Translations under genes and position numbers: made by a program
The notes under the pieces: model-generated
Databases searched by the model: none
What the model saw: the letters and a program-made list of their open reading frames with translations, nothing else
What the model was told of the DNA's origin: nothing
Shown: positions 1 to 10,055 of the stretch, piece after piece
How positions within the stretch are numbered: the stretch's first letter is position 1
How the letters are laid out: each line of letters starts with the position of its first letter
NCBI GenBank assembly: GCA_963775425.1
Contig: CAVZJB010000011.1
Coordinates: forward strand, 96,001-160,000
From: an uncultured delta proteobacterium
Lineage (GTDB): Bacteria; Myxococcota; UBA727; VGSZ01
Length of the DNA stretch: 64,000 bases
Reading direction: 5' to 3'

Positions 1-1638
1 AGCGCCGCGCGCGCCGCCAAGCCGCAGCCGCCGCTGCCGAACCAGAAGGAGCTCGACGGGCTGATGGCGCAGTACGCGCCCGTCGACCTCGGCGTCGATC
101 TCGGCAAGCTCAGCGACGCGGACAAGAAGGTCCTGAAGAAGCTCGTCGAGGCGTCGCGGGTGATGGACACCATCTTCCTCGGCCAGGTGTGGAGCGGGAA
201 CCCGGCCATGAAGGCGCAGCTCGAGAAGGACCACAGCCCGCTCGGCAAGGCGCGCCTCGCGTTCTTCATCCAGAACGCGGGCCCGTGGGATCGCCTCGAC
301 GCCAACAAGGTCTTCCTCCCGGGCGCGCCCGCGCAGAAACCACCGCAGGCCGGCTTCTACCCCGATGACGCCAAGAAGGACGACGTCGCAAAGTGGATGG
401 CGTCTCTGCCCAAGGCGGAGCAGGAAAAGGCCAAGGGCTTCTTCTCCGTCGTCGAGCGCGACAAGAAGGGCTTCAAGCTGGTGCCGTACTCCAAGGCGTA
501 CGCTGCCGAGCTCAAGAAGGCCGCCAAGCTCCTCGAGGAGGCCGCCGCGCTCGCCACCGAGCCGTCGCTCAAGTCGTTCCTCGAGCTGCGCGCCAAGGCG
601 TTCCTCAACGACGACTACTACGACTCCGACGTCGCGTGGATGAAGCTCGACTCCAAGGTCGACCCGACCATCGGGCCCTACGAGGTCTACGAGGACGAGT
701 GGTTCAACTACAAGGCGGCCTTCGAGTCCTTCATCTGCGTCCGCAATGACGAAGAGACCAAGAAGCTCGCGCGCTTCTCCAAGCAGCTCCAGGACATCGA
801 GGATCATCTCCCCGAGGACCCCAAATTCCGCAGCAAGAAGCTCGGCGGCCTCGCCCCCATCCGCGTGGTCGACGTGGTGTTCGACGCCGGCGACGGCAAC
901 CGCGGCATCCAGACCGCCGCCTACAACCTCCCCAACGACGACCACGTCACCGCGAAGATGGGCAGCAAGCGCGTGATGCTGAAGAACATGCAGGAGCAGA
1001 AGTTCCACGCCGTGCTCGTGCCCATCTCCAAGGTGGCGCTGTCAGCGGCGGACCAGAAGAAGGTCTCGTTCGACTCGTTCTTCACGCACATCCTCATGCA
1101 CGAGCTCATGCACGGCCTCGGGCCGCACGAGATCGTCAAGGGTGGCAAGAAGACCACGCCGCGGGAGCAGCTCACCGACGCCTACTCGGCGATCGAGGAG
1201 GCCAAGGCCGACGTCACCGGGCTGTGGGCGATGCAGTACCTCGTCGACAAGGGCGTCCTCGACAAGAGCTTCGAGAAGTCGATGTACCAGACGTACCTGG
1301 CGTCCACCTTCCGGGCCATTCGCTTCGGTCTCTCCGAGGCCCACGGCAAGGGCATCGCCATCCAGCTCAACACCTACCTCGACAAGGGCGGCTACGTCGT
1401 CGGCAAGGACGGGCGCTTCTCGGTGAACGAAAAGAAGATCAAGGCCGCCGTCGCCGGCCTCGCGCATGAGCTCCTGACCATCGAAGCCAACGGCGACGCC
1501 GCCGGCGCCCGCAAGCTCATCCAGACGCGCGCGGTGGTGCGCCCCGCGGTGCAGAAGATCATCAACGAGCTCAAGGGCGTCCCCGTCGACGTCGACCCGC
1601 ACTTCGTCACCGCGGCCAAGCTGGAGGCGATGCCGTAG
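1..1638 (+). CDS. M49-family (dipeptidyl-peptidase III-like) zinc metallopeptidase, probably 5'-truncated by the window edge
   Basis: HELMH zinc motif, IEEAKAD third-ligand motif and IGPYEVYEDE motif. The frame is open from base 1, upstream of the ATG at 64. Confidence 0.85.
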   Translation, partial: SAARAAKPQPPLPNQKELDGLMAQYAPVDLGVDLGKLSDADKKVLKKLVEASRVMDTIFLGQVWSGNPAMKAQLEKDHSPLGKARLAFFIQNAGPWDRLDANKVFLPGAPAQKPPQAGFYPDDAKKDDVAKWMASLPKAEQEKAKGFFSVVERDKKGFKLVPYSKAYAAELKKAAKLLEEAAALATEPSLKSFLELRAKAFLNDDYYDSDVAWMKLDSKVDPTIGPYEVYEDEWFNYKAAFESFICVRNDEETKKLARFSKQLQDIEDHLPEDPKFRSKKLGGLAPIRVVDVVFDAGDGNRGIQTAAYNLPNDDHVTAKMGSKRVMLKNMQEQKFHAVLVPISKVALSAADQKKVSFDSFFTHILMHELMHGLGPHEIVKGGKKTTPREQLTDAYSAIEEAKADVTGLWAMQYLVDKGVLDKSFEKSMYQTYLASTFRAIRFGLSEAHGKGIAIQLNTYLDKGGYVVGKDGRFSVNEKKIKAAVAGLAHELLTIEANGDAAGARKLIQTRAVVRPAVQKIINELKGVPVDVDPHFVTAAKLEAMP

Positions 1639-1678
1639 GTCACGCTTCGCCGGGCGGCCGGCGTGCTAGGCCGGCGCG

Positions 1679-3463
1679 ATGTCGACGTCACGCGTAGTCC
1701 CGCTCGCCTTTCCCTGGCCCCTCGGCCTCGCGCTGGCCGGGCTCGGCGTGTGGTTCCTGCACGCCGGCCCGGCGCAGGCCGCGGACCTGTTTCGCGAGGG
1801 CGGCCTCGTCGCGCTCGCGCTGGTGCCGGTGACGCTGCTGGCGGCGTCGACGGCGTCGGCCTTGTGCGGCGTGGGTGCGCCGCGGGCGACGGCGGTGGCG
1901 GCGGGGCTGTTGCCGTGGCTGGTGGGCTCGCTCGGCGCCATGTGGGAGATGCACAAGGTCACCGAAGCCGTCGCCGCGGTGAGCGGGCTCGATCGAGGCA
2001 CCATGCTCGCGGCCGGCGTCGCCGAGGTGTTGGTGAACCGCGAGCTGGGCGCGCTGTTGTCCGCCGGGGCGCTGCTCGGCGTGGCCATCGCCTTCGCGGT
2101 GCGCGTGGGCAAGGACGGGTTTGCTTCGCTCGCCGCGGCGGGCGTGGCGTTCGCCGGCTTCGGTCTCGCGCTCGGCGCGGTGCTCGAGGCTGACACCACG
2201 ACACAGCTCCTGCGCGCGGCGTTCATGGTCGCGCCCGCAGAGCGCCCGCTCCTCGTCGCTGCCGGCGCCGCGCGCTTTGCGTTCGTGCTGCCGGTCACCG
2301 CGGTGCTGGCGGGGACGGGGGCGGCGGTGGCGCTCGTGGCGGGCGCGATCGGACGTCGCGAGATCGCCGGCGCCGTCGTCGCGGGGCTCCTTTTGCCCAT
2401 CGCGCCCGTCGTCGATGGCGCGTTGATGAAGGCACCCACGGCGCTCGCCGCGCGGTCCCTGCGTCCACCATGGGCGGAGGCGCCCGGCTTTCAGCCCGTC
2501 CCCGTCGACGGCGCACCCGAAGGAGACGTCGCGGTGCTCGTCACGGACAAGGACGTCCTCGTGAACGGCAAACCCGCCGGCCCGGCGCTCGGGGACGCGC
2601 TGCGCACGCTCGCCGAAGAGGCGCGAGACAATCGCGTCGCCGTAGCCGTCGACGCGCGCACGCGGCCGGCCGCGCTCGCGGCGTTCGTGGACGGCGCCAC
2701 GGCGGTGGGCATCGAGACGTTGGATTTCACCGGAACGCCGAGCAAGCCGTCGTCATTCGCCGAGCTCGCGCGCACGCCCGGCGTGCCGCCGCTCGTCGTC
2801 ACGCTCATGTCGCCCGTGCCGGAGTCGTCGGTGCCAGCGCGGCTCGGCTGCGGCGACGCACCCGCTGCGTCCGGCGTCGCGTGTCGCGCGCTCGCGCCCG
2901 ACGAGACGCCCGCCACGCTCTACACGGCGCTGGCGAAGGCCAAGCACGACGGCGTCGTGATCGCGCTCGGGACCCCGCCCGCCCCCGACGACCAGGCGCT
3001 CGCCTCCGCCGGGGAAGGCGGCATCGCTTCGCTGCTGGGCACCGCGGGCGGCATCGGCGGCGTCATCGGCGGGGACGTCGGCGGCGTCGTCGGCGCGCGC
3101 GGCAAGGGCGTGTCATGGGGGACGCTGGGCGGTCGCAGGCCCGGGCTCGCGCGGGGCGCGCCGCTCGTCACCGGCGCCCTCGACAAGGAGATCATCAAGC
3201 GCGTGGTGAGGCGGCACGTGAACGAGATGCGCTACTGCTACGAGCGCGCGCTCGCGAAGAACCCGTCGCTGACAGGCAAGGTGCAGGTGACGTGGACCAT
3301 CGCTGTCGACGGCAGCGTCTCCGACGCCGTGATCAAGAGCGACGACATGCACGACGCCGCGGTGGCGAGCTGCCTGGTGGCGCGCGTGAAGCGGTGGACC
3401 TTTCCGAAGCCGAAGGGCGGCGTCGTCGTCGTCACCTACCCGTTCGTGTTCAAGAGCGAATGA
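1679..3463 (+). CDS. Membrane protein with ExbB/TolQ-like TM region, ExbD-like domain and C-terminal TonB-C (AgmX/PglI-type) domain
   Basis: The C-terminus LDKEIIKRVVRRH..RYCYERAL..PSLTGKVQVTWTI..G.V..YPFVF is the myxobacterial TonB-C type. The N-terminal half is hydrophobic, and the central segment VLVNGKP..VAVDART..AVGIETLDF is ExbD-like. Confidence 0.75.
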   Translation: MSTSRVVPLAFPWPLGLALAGLGVWFLHAGPAQAADLFREGGLVALALVPVTLLAASTASALCGVGAPRATAVAAGLLPWLVGSLGAMWEMHKVTEAVAAVSGLDRGTMLAAGVAEVLVNRELGALLSAGALLGVAIAFAVRVGKDGFASLAAAGVAFAGFGLALGAVLEADTTTQLLRAAFMVAPAERPLLVAAGAARFAFVLPVTAVLAGTGAAVALVAGAIGRREIAGAVVAGLLLPIAPVVDGALMKAPTALAARSLRPPWAEAPGFQPVPVDGAPEGDVAVLVTDKDVLVNGKPAGPALGDALRTLAEEARDNRVAVAVDARTRPAALAAFVDGATAVGIETLDFTGTPSKPSSFAELARTPGVPPLVVTLMSPVPESSVPARLGCGDAPAASGVACRALAPDETPATLYTALAKAKHDGVVIALGTPPAPDDQALASAGEGGIASLLGTAGGIGGVIGGDVGGVVGARGKGVSWGTLGGRRPGLARGAPLVTGALDKEIIKRVVRRHVNEMRYCYERALAKNPSLTGKVQVTWTIAVDGSVSDAVIKSDDMHDAAVASCLVARVKRWTFPKPKGGVVVVTYPFVFKSE

Positions 3464-3535
3464 GACGTACGCGGCGTGGCTGACGAGGTCGTCAGCCACA
3501 CCGCGCCGTGTTGAGTCGCCGGTGTGCTCAGGCCG

Positions 3536-4681
3536 TCAACGCCACCGCCCATGAGACGGGTGTTGGGTATCCGGACACGGGCTGCCTTCGCCGGGGCGCC
3601 GGCTCCAGGGGGCGTAGGTGACGAGGTCGCTCACGAGCGCGCCTCTCCCGTGCGCCACGCCGCTGGGCCCCGTGGGGCTGCCCCAGTAGTTGCGAGTCCC
3701 GTCCAGCGGGGTCCCGCCGACAAGACCAACCGCGATGCCGTAGACGCTCGAGGCGCTCGAGAAGTTGAAGTTGTTGTCGTTGACCTGCGCCGTGGAGAAC
3801 GAGGTGTTCACGCTCTCGAACCACACCGCGATCTTGTCGGCGCCGGGGCTGGTGAAGTCGCTGAACGAATTTCCGGTGACGACCACCTCGGGGGTGTCCG
3901 CCTCCAGCCCGACGCCGTGCACCCACGCTCCGGACAAGCCGCTGATCCGGTTGTTCCGGATCGTGAGGTAGGCGTTGGCCGTGTTGCCGTTGCCGTTGTT
4001 GATCAGCACGCCGTAGGCGCCCTTGTTGGCGCTCGTCACGCCCGAGATCTCGTTGTCCTCGATGGTCACGGCGATGCTCGGGTCTGTGGACGCGCTGTCC
4101 TCGATGAAGACGCCCTTCGCGGAGCTCGGGCTCGAGACGTTGCTGATCACGTTCTGGGCGATGACCACGCCGTCCGGACCTCTGTAGACGGAGATGGCCT
4201 TGGCGGTTGTGGTGACGCCCGTGATGCCGTCCAGGATGTTGTTCCGGATGACCGCGCCGCTGCCCTTGACGATGATGCCGGAGCCGCTCGAATTGCTCGT
4301 CGGACCGGTGATCGTGAATCCGTCCACGAAGACGTTCGGGGCGTCGATGGTGACCGCGGCGTTGCCGTCGATGATCGACTCGTCCGCGCCCGAGCGCGCA
4401 CGCGCGTCGATCCCTGCCTGGGCGCCGAGCAAGAACACGGAGCGGCCGATCGCGACGTTCTCTGTGTACGTCCCCGCAGCCACCTGAACCGTCTGGCAGC
4501 CGATGTCATCGACCGCGGCTTGGATGGTCGGGTAAGGGCCGCTTGGAACCGAACAGACAGCGGCGGCAGCGCTCCCCGCATTCAGGAGCGCAACCAAGAC
4601 GACGGCCGCAGGACGAGGGCCAGGTCGCCACATCGGGTGCCCTGAGATGCCGGTCCAACACTCTCCGTGACTCATCGACAT
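3536..4681 (-). CDS. Secreted right-handed beta-helix (pectin-lyase-like) protein
   Basis: AAGGAG RBS before the ATG at 4681; signal-like segment; YPTIQAAVD..VAAGTYTENV cap motif; repeated IxNNxI turns; NYWG motif near the C-terminus. Confidence 0.8.
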   Translation of the reverse strand: MSMSHGECWTGISGHPMWRPGPRPAAVVLVALLNAGSAAAAVCSVPSGPYPTIQAAVDDIGCQTVQVAAGTYTENVAIGRSVFLLGAQAGIDARARSGADESIIDGNAAVTIDAPNVFVDGFTITGPTSNSSGSGIIVKGSGAVIRNNILDGITGVTTTAKAISVYRGPDGVVIAQNVISNVSSPSSAKGVFIEDSASTDPSIAVTIEDNEISGVTSANKGAYGVLINNGNGNTANAYLTIRNNRISGLSGAWVHGVGLEADTPEVVVTGNSFSDFTSPGADKIAVWFESVNTSFSTAQVNDNNFNFSSASSVYGIAVGLVGGTPLDGTRNYWGSPTGPSGVAHGRGALVSDLVTYAPWSRRPGEGSPCPDTQHPSHGRWR

Positions 4682-4717
4682 TTCGTACTCCTTTGAACGC
4701 GGTTCAGTCGTCGCGAT

Positions 4718-4733
4718 TGCAGGAACAGATCCA
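4718..4733 (-). promoter_or_regulatory. Candidate sigma-54 (-24/-12) promoter
   Basis: TGGATCTGTTCCTGCA has exact GG-N10-GC spacing, lies ~25 nt upstream of the RBS, and is next to a sigma-54 activator gene. Confidence 0.5.
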
Positions 4734-5348
4734 GCCGAAGCGGCATCGCCGCCGCTCCCCGCGCGGTGGAGCGCCAACGCTGTAGCTCGCCGCTCCCTCA
4801 CCCGTCGACGACGTCGCTCTATCTGGAATCCTCCCGCGCGCACTGGTCGCAGAGGCGCAAGCGGCGGTGGCCTTGCGCACCCGCTATGCACAAGCGTGAG
4901 GCCTCACGAACACGACCGGAATGCGACGAAATAATGAGGTGCCGTCTCATTGGTCCATTTCTTCAGGGCGTCCACGTGGGGGCCCGAGACGGTGCGCCCG
5001 TCGCCGCAGCACAGAATGCGCAGAACGGCTGCGAGAGCCGGAAGACGGCGACGCGCTCTGTGTATCCCGTCGTGCACGCGACGCGCGCCCGCGAAGCGGC
5101 CCCACGGCTGTCCGTCCTCCGAGCCCGCCGTCATGGCCGGCGCGGCGAGCGGCGCCTGTCGATGCAAGATCGCCGTCAACCATGACGACCGAGCGTGGTT
5201 TCAAAATGATAGAGCGAGTCGCCCAACGTTTCCTTGGCCGTCGATCCTGCTACGAATTGTGTCGGGCCCCGGAAGGAGAACGGAGATGGTTCAAGGAAGT
5301 TGCATTCCGGGTGGCTCGAGCCAGCGCGCTCCACGCGACCGCGCGCCG

Positions 5349-6704
5349 ATGCACGAGATCGTCGTCATCGACGACGACCCCGAGAGGGCGCGCCTCCACG
5401 TCGCGATGTTGCGCGATGAGAGGTTGCTCGCGCACGCAAGCTCATCCGCGGACGACGTGATCGAGCGCTGTTCGCACGCGCTCGTCGTCGTCACCGCTCT
5501 GCAGCTCAACGGAATGACGGGGTACCGACTGCTCGAGCGTTTGCGCGAAAGGAGCCCAGGCATCCCCGTCGTCGTGCTCGCAGACGGCGCGGACGGCGAC
5601 GGCGCCGCCCTGCGAGCGGGCGCGTACGACTTCGTGGCGATGCCGGTCGACCCGCTGGTGTTGGGCCTTCGCGTCCGTAGAGCCGCGGAATTTGCCGCGA
5701 CGTCTCGTGAATACAAAGATCCGCGCACGGTCGACCGCGGACAAGGCGGACGATCTCTCGGATCGAGCGAAGCGATGAAGCGCCTCCGGGAGCTCGTTGC
5801 ACGCGTCGCGTCCAGCGACGTCACCGTCCTGGTGCACGGGGAGACCGGCACCGGGAAGGAGCTCGTCGCTCGGACGATCCACGAGGAGAGTGCCAGGAGC
5901 GGACACCGATTCCTCGGAATCAACTGCGCAGCGGTCCCCGCGGCGCTGCTCGAGGCGGAATTCTTCGGCCACGCGCGAGGCGCCTATACCGATGCCAAGA
6001 CGAGCCACGAGGGGTTCTTCGTTCAGGCGAGCGGTGGGACGCTCTTTCTCGACGAGATCGGCGACATGCCGCTCGAGATGCAGGCGAAGTTGCTTCGTGC
6101 GTTGCAGGAGCACCGCGTGCGGCCGATCGGCGGAAACACAGACGTCCCGTTTGATACACGGGTGATTTCCGCGACGCACCAGAACCTGGAGGAGCTCGTC
6201 GAGGCGGGGCGATTCCGAGAGGACCTCTATTATCGCATCAATGTGGTTGCGCTCGAGCTGCCACCCTTGCGCGCGCGCGGAAATGACGTGATCGATCTCG
6301 CGACCGAAATCCTCGCGCATGCGGCTTTGCGCAACGGCCGGACCCCCATGCGTCTCACCCCGGAGGTCGTGGAGCGGCTGCTCAACTACAACTGGGTCGG
6401 CAATGTGCGCGAGCTCGAGAACTGCATGGAGCGCGCGGTCGCGCTGGCGCGCGGCGACGAGGTCACGATCGAGGATCTCCCGGCGCGTATTCGAAATCAC
6501 AAATCGCTGCTCGAACGCACGGAGGATGGGGGCCGTCGTCGGATCGTGACGCTGGAGACCTTCCAGGAGCGTTACATCCGCGATGTCATCGAGCAGCTCG
6601 ACGGCAACAAGTCCGCCGCCGCGGATGCGCTCGGCCTTGATCGGCGGACCTTGTACCGTCGACTGGAGCGATACGACGCGGCGCCCCGCAGAGAGCGTCC
6701 CTGA
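5349..6704 (+). CDS. Sigma-54-dependent transcriptional activator (NtrC family: receiver-AAA+-Fis HTH) with atypical receiver
   Basis: Walker A GETGTGKE, GAYTDA loop (GAFTGA variant), Walker B LFLDEIG, RFREDLYYR, and HTH GNKSAAADALGLDRRTLYRRL. Confidence 0.92.
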   Translation: MHEIVVIDDDPERARLHVAMLRDERLLAHASSSADDVIERCSHALVVVTALQLNGMTGYRLLERLRERSPGIPVVVLADGADGDGAALRAGAYDFVAMPVDPLVLGLRVRRAAEFAATSREYKDPRTVDRGQGGRSLGSSEAMKRLRELVARVASSDVTVLVHGETGTGKELVARTIHEESARSGHRFLGINCAAVPAALLEAEFFGHARGAYTDAKTSHEGFFVQASGGTLFLDEIGDMPLEMQAKLLRALQEHRVRPIGGNTDVPFDTRVISATHQNLEELVEAGRFREDLYYRINVVALELPPLRARGNDVIDLATEILAHAALRNGRTPMRLTPEVVERLLNYNWVGNVRELENCMERAVALARGDEVTIEDLPARIRNHKSLLERTEDGGRRRIVTLETFQERYIRDVIEQLDGNKSAAADALGLDRRTLYRRLERYDAAPRRERP

Positions 6705-6750
6705 AAAGACGCGGCACCGCGGTCGTTCGGCCGACCGCGGTGCCGTGTTG
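6704..6750. terminator. Probable bidirectional intrinsic terminator
   Basis: Long GC stem GCGGCACCGCGGTCG / CGACCGCGGTGCCGT with flanking AAAAG and GTTG, between two convergent genes. Confidence 0.65.
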
Positions 6751-6762
6751 ATCCACCCTCGC

Positions 6763-9183
6763 CTACTGGATCTGCTTGATGACGAGCGTCGCGGACACGG
6801 GGTGGGTTCCCCCGGCGAGCGGCGTGATCGTCAACGCGGGCGTGTTCCCGCTCGGGTTTCGCACGGTCACCACCGAGTTCACCACCGTCGTCGTGACGAG
6901 CACGGTGTTCGAGATCTGCGACGTGCCGGTCGCACGCCCTGCCACGGTTTCGGCGAGCTCGACGACGCCGGAGCCGTCGTCGAGACCGAGCATGAGCTGG
7001 CCGGCCTCGGTGACGCTGACCTGCCACGAGATTTCGTAGGTGCCGATCGCCGGCAAGACGAAGTCCGTGGCGCTCGCGCGGAACACACCGCTCGCCGGAC
7101 CATCCTGCGGGAACGCCACGGGAGCGGCAGCGGCGACGGTCGCGGCGTTGTCGCCCGGCATCAGGGCATAGAAGAAGCCGAACGCGATGAGCCCCCCCGC
7201 GGGTCCCTGCTCGCCCTGGAGACCTTGATCGCCCGTAGGCCCCGCAGGCCCCGCAGGCCCCGCAGGCCCCGCCGGTCCCGCCGGGCCGGTGTCGCCGGCG
7301 ACGCCCGGGGCTCCGTTGCAGACGTAATCGACGCCGGACGCCGAGGTGTACGCGACGCCGCCGTCGAGGCAGTTCGGCCCTGGCGCCTCCGAGGTCGCAA
7401 ACACGGACTCCCCCGCCGGCCCCTGCTCTCCGGTCGCGCCCGTCGGTCCCTGCGGACCGACGTCGCCGGTCGCGCCCGCGGCGCCGTTGCAGACGTAGTC
7501 GACGCCTGACGCGGACGTGTAGGCCACGCCCCCGTCCACGCAGTTCGGTCCGGGCGCTTCCGACGCGCCGACGACGGACTCTCCGTCGGCGCCTGCCGGG
7601 CCCGTGGGGCCTTCGGCGCCGGTCGCTCCCTGCGGGCCGGCCGCTCCCTGCGGGCCGGTCGCTCCTGTCGCTCCGGTGGCCCCGGTCGCGCCGGTCTCGC
7701 CTTGCGGCCCGGCCGGGCCCGTCGGCCCCGCGGGCCCCGCCGGACCGGTGTCACCCGGAGAGCCCTGGGGGCCCGTCGCGCCCGTCGGCCCCGCCGGACC
7801 GGTGTCGCCTTGCGGCCCGGCCGCGCCCGTCGGCCCCGTCGGCCCCGCCGGCCCCGCCGGCCCCGCCGGCCCCGCGTCACCCGGTGAGCCCTGGGGCCCC
7901 GTCGCGCCCGTCGGCCCCGCCGGCCCCGCCGGACCCGCCGGACCCTGCGCTCCGGTCGCACCCGTCGGTCCTTCCGGACCGACGTCGCCGGTCGCGCCCG
8001 CGGCGCCGTTGCAGACGTAGCTCACGCCGGACGCAGACGTGCACGCGACGCCGCCGTCGACGCAATTGTCGCCGGGCGCTTCAGAGACACAGACCACCGA
8101 CTCCCCGTTCGCGCCCGTGCTCCCCGCCGGGCCGGTGGGCCCGGTCGCGCCTGCTGGGCCCTGCGGGCCCGCTTCGCCGGGGGGGCCCGCCGGCCCGGGC
8201 GCACCGGTCTCGCCGGTCAAGCCCTGCGGACCCGCTTCGCCGGGGGGCCCCGCCGGCCCGGGCGCACCGGTCTCGCCGGTCAAGCCCTGCGGACCCGTGT
8301 CCCCCGTCGGCCCGGCAGGTCCCACAGGCCCCTGCGCGCCGGTCTCTCCCGTGAGGCCCTGCGGTCCTTGCGGGCCCGTCGCGCCCACCGCGCCGGCCGG
8401 CCCGGCTTCGCCGGTCGCGCCCGTCGGCCCCGCGGGGCCCGCGACGCCTTGGGGACCTTGCGCGCCGACCTGTCCGCTCGGGCCGGTGGGCCCGGCCAGG
8501 CCTTGCGGGCCCTGCGGTCCCTGCGGTCCCTGCGGGCCCTGCGGGCCTTCGGAGCCTGAGGGACCTTCGGTGCCGTTGCAGACGTAGTTCACCCCGGATG
8601 ACGACGTGTATTTGACGCCGCCTGCGGCGCAGTTGTCCCCGGGCGCCTCGGAGCAGCCCTCGACGGATTCGCCGGGGGCGCCGTCTTGTCCTGGGGGGCC
8701 CTCGGGGCCTGCGCCGCCGGCGCAACACGCCGCCTCTCCGCACGACGACGGGACACAGACAGCGCGGGCCCGGCACTGGGTCTCACCGCTCTCCCACGAA
8801 GCACCAAAGACGTTGTCGATGAAGTCGTCGGACGCGCCGTCCTGTTGCGCGAGCCACTGGCATTCCTCAAAGGACTGCACCGTGACGGCGAACGTCTCCT
8901 TGTGAGACTCGCCGACCTGCAGCGTGTAGGGCGGCTCCAGCGAAGGGGTCCAATTGAACTGCGCGTCGAGCAGCGGGTCCTCGACGCTCTGGACAACGGA
9001 GGCGCCGCTCGGGAGCGTGTTCCTGACCGTCATCTCCCACGTGAGCACCGCGGGGTACTCGTGCACCTCGTAGATGGCCTGGCCGTTTACGGTCTTGTCG
9101 CACTCCAACTGGTGTGCCGCCGCCGCCGTGCTCCAAGAGGCGATCAATGCCGCCAAACAGACTGCTGAATTCCCGAAACGCAT
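6763..9183 (-). CDS. Secreted collagen-like protein with Cys-knot interruptions and BclA-like C-terminal domain
   Basis: Signal peptide; long (Gly-X-Y)n tracts; four copies of ESVxxxSEAPGxNCxxGGVxxTSxSGVxYVCNG; C-terminal [43 protein letters not shown]. Confidence 0.88.
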   Translation of the reverse strand: MRFGNSAVCLAALIASWSTAAAAHQLECDKTVNGQAIYEVHEYPAVLTWEMTVRNTLPSGASVVQSVEDPLLDAQFNWTPSLEPPYTLQVGESHKETFAVTVQSFEECQWLAQQDGASDDFIDNVFGASWESGETQCRARAVCVPSSCGEAACCAGGAGPEGPPGQDGAPGESVEGCSEAPGDNCAAGGVKYTSSSGVNYVCNGTEGPSGSEGPQGPQGPQGPQGPQGLAGPTGPSGQVGAQGPQGVAGPAGPTGATGEAGPAGAVGATGPQGPQGLTGETGAQGPVGPAGPTGDTGPQGLTGETGAPGPAGPPGEAGPQGLTGETGAPGPAGPPGEAGPQGPAGATGPTGPAGSTGANGESVVCVSEAPGDNCVDGGVACTSASGVSYVCNGAAGATGDVGPEGPTGATGAQGPAGPAGPAGPTGATGPQGSPGDAGPAGPAGPAGPTGPTGAAGPQGDTGPAGPTGATGPQGSPGDTGPAGPAGPTGPAGPQGETGATGATGATGATGPQGAAGPQGATGAEGPTGPAGADGESVVGASEAPGPNCVDGGVAYTSASGVDYVCNGAAGATGDVGPQGPTGATGEQGPAGESVFATSEAPGPNCLDGGVAYTSASGVDYVCNGAPGVAGDTGPAGPAGPAGPAGPAGPTGDQGLQGEQGPAGGLIAFGFFYALMPGDNAATVAAAAPVAFPQDGPASGVFRASATDFVLPAIGTYEISWQVSVTEAGQLMLGLDDGSGVVELAETVAGRATGTSQISNTVLVTTTVVNSVVTVRNPSGNTPALTITPLAGGTHPVSATLVIKQIQ

Positions 9184-9251
9184 GAAGAGGTCCCCTTGCC
9201 TGGATGTAGTCCAGAGCGATTTGAGAGATGAATTGGAGGTGCGCGCGACGT

Positions 9252-9839
9252 CTAGTAGGTGACGCTGATGCTCGGGAGCAGGACGCTCCGATTCCCACCA
9301 TCGACAATGGAGGCATTGAGGTCGAGCTCGAGCACGACCTGGCCGCTGGCGCGCGCTGCGTCCATGTCCACGGCGACCGAGATCGGCGGCCCACGACAGT
9401 CGAGCGCCTCCGTGTCTCCATCGCGCACGACGCTACCCACGGGCTCGAATTGGAGCGTGACGGTGGCCTCGGTCGGGGCGGTCGGGACGTCGAACGTGAC
9501 CAGCTCCCAAGGCGTCGGCGACCCGAGATCGATCTCGGCTCCGTCGAGGGTCCCCACGAGCGTTTCACCTGCGGCGGTGAGGTCGAGGGTGGCGACGCGA
9601 ACGAGGACATTGCCCGGCGATTGGACGCCGCTCAGTTGCACGGCCACGCTCTGCGCCTCGAGCTCACCGTCCGGCTCCTGGAGCTGGCCGACCGGTCCCC
9701 GAGGCGTCTCGCGAGGATGCTGTTGTTGCGGTGCGGGGTCCGGCGGGGGCACTTCCGCGACTCCCTCGCTCACACTATTCGGTGCCGAACCGCAAGCGGC
9801 GAGCACGAGGACGAACACGAGGACTACGTTTGCTTTCAT
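9252..9839 (-). CDS. Hypothetical lipoprotein
   Basis: GAAGGAG RBS; [16 protein letters not shown] lipobox; same strand as and directly upstream of the collagen gene. Confidence 0.75.
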   Translation of the reverse strand: MKANVVLVFVLVLAACGSAPNSVSEGVAEVPPPDPAPQQQHPRETPRGPVGQLQEPDGELEAQSVAVQLSGVQSPGNVLVRVATLDLTAAGETLVGTLDGAEIDLGSPTPWELVTFDVPTAPTEATVTLQFEPVGSVVRDGDTEALDCRGPPISVAVDMDAARASGQVVLELDLNASIVDGGNRSVLLPSISVTY

Positions 9840-9887
9840 CACACTCCTTCGCAGCCGAGCATCTGCGGATGCAGATGGGCGCGACGA

Positions 9888-9903
9888 AGCAGGAAGCAAG
9901 CCA
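9888..9903 (-). promoter_or_regulatory. Candidate sigma-54 (-24/-12) promoter
   Basis: TGGCTTGCTTCCTGCT has GG-N10-GC spacing, lies ~50 nt upstream of the lipoprotein start, and shares TTCCTGC with the 4718 site. Confidence 0.55.
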
Positions 9904-10055
9904 TGACAGCCGCGTGAAGCATTCCCGGAAATCGAAGCTCACCGCTCGCAAGATGAGCACACCTGAGGCGTTGTCGCCGCCACAACGGACGGCGCACCTG
10001 TTGGTCGTTCGCTCGGCGCGACGGGGAGCGACCCGCCGCGCCGCGCGCGCCGTCG

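Noticed and set aside
1-1638. HEXXH instead of HEXXGH as a novelty in an M49 peptidase
   Set aside because: Pentapeptide-motif DPP III homologues are already known in bacteria and plants.
4950-5348. N-terminal extension of the sigma-54 activator given in the ORF track
   Set aside because: The composition is not coding-like; the receiver domain starts at the ATG at 5349.
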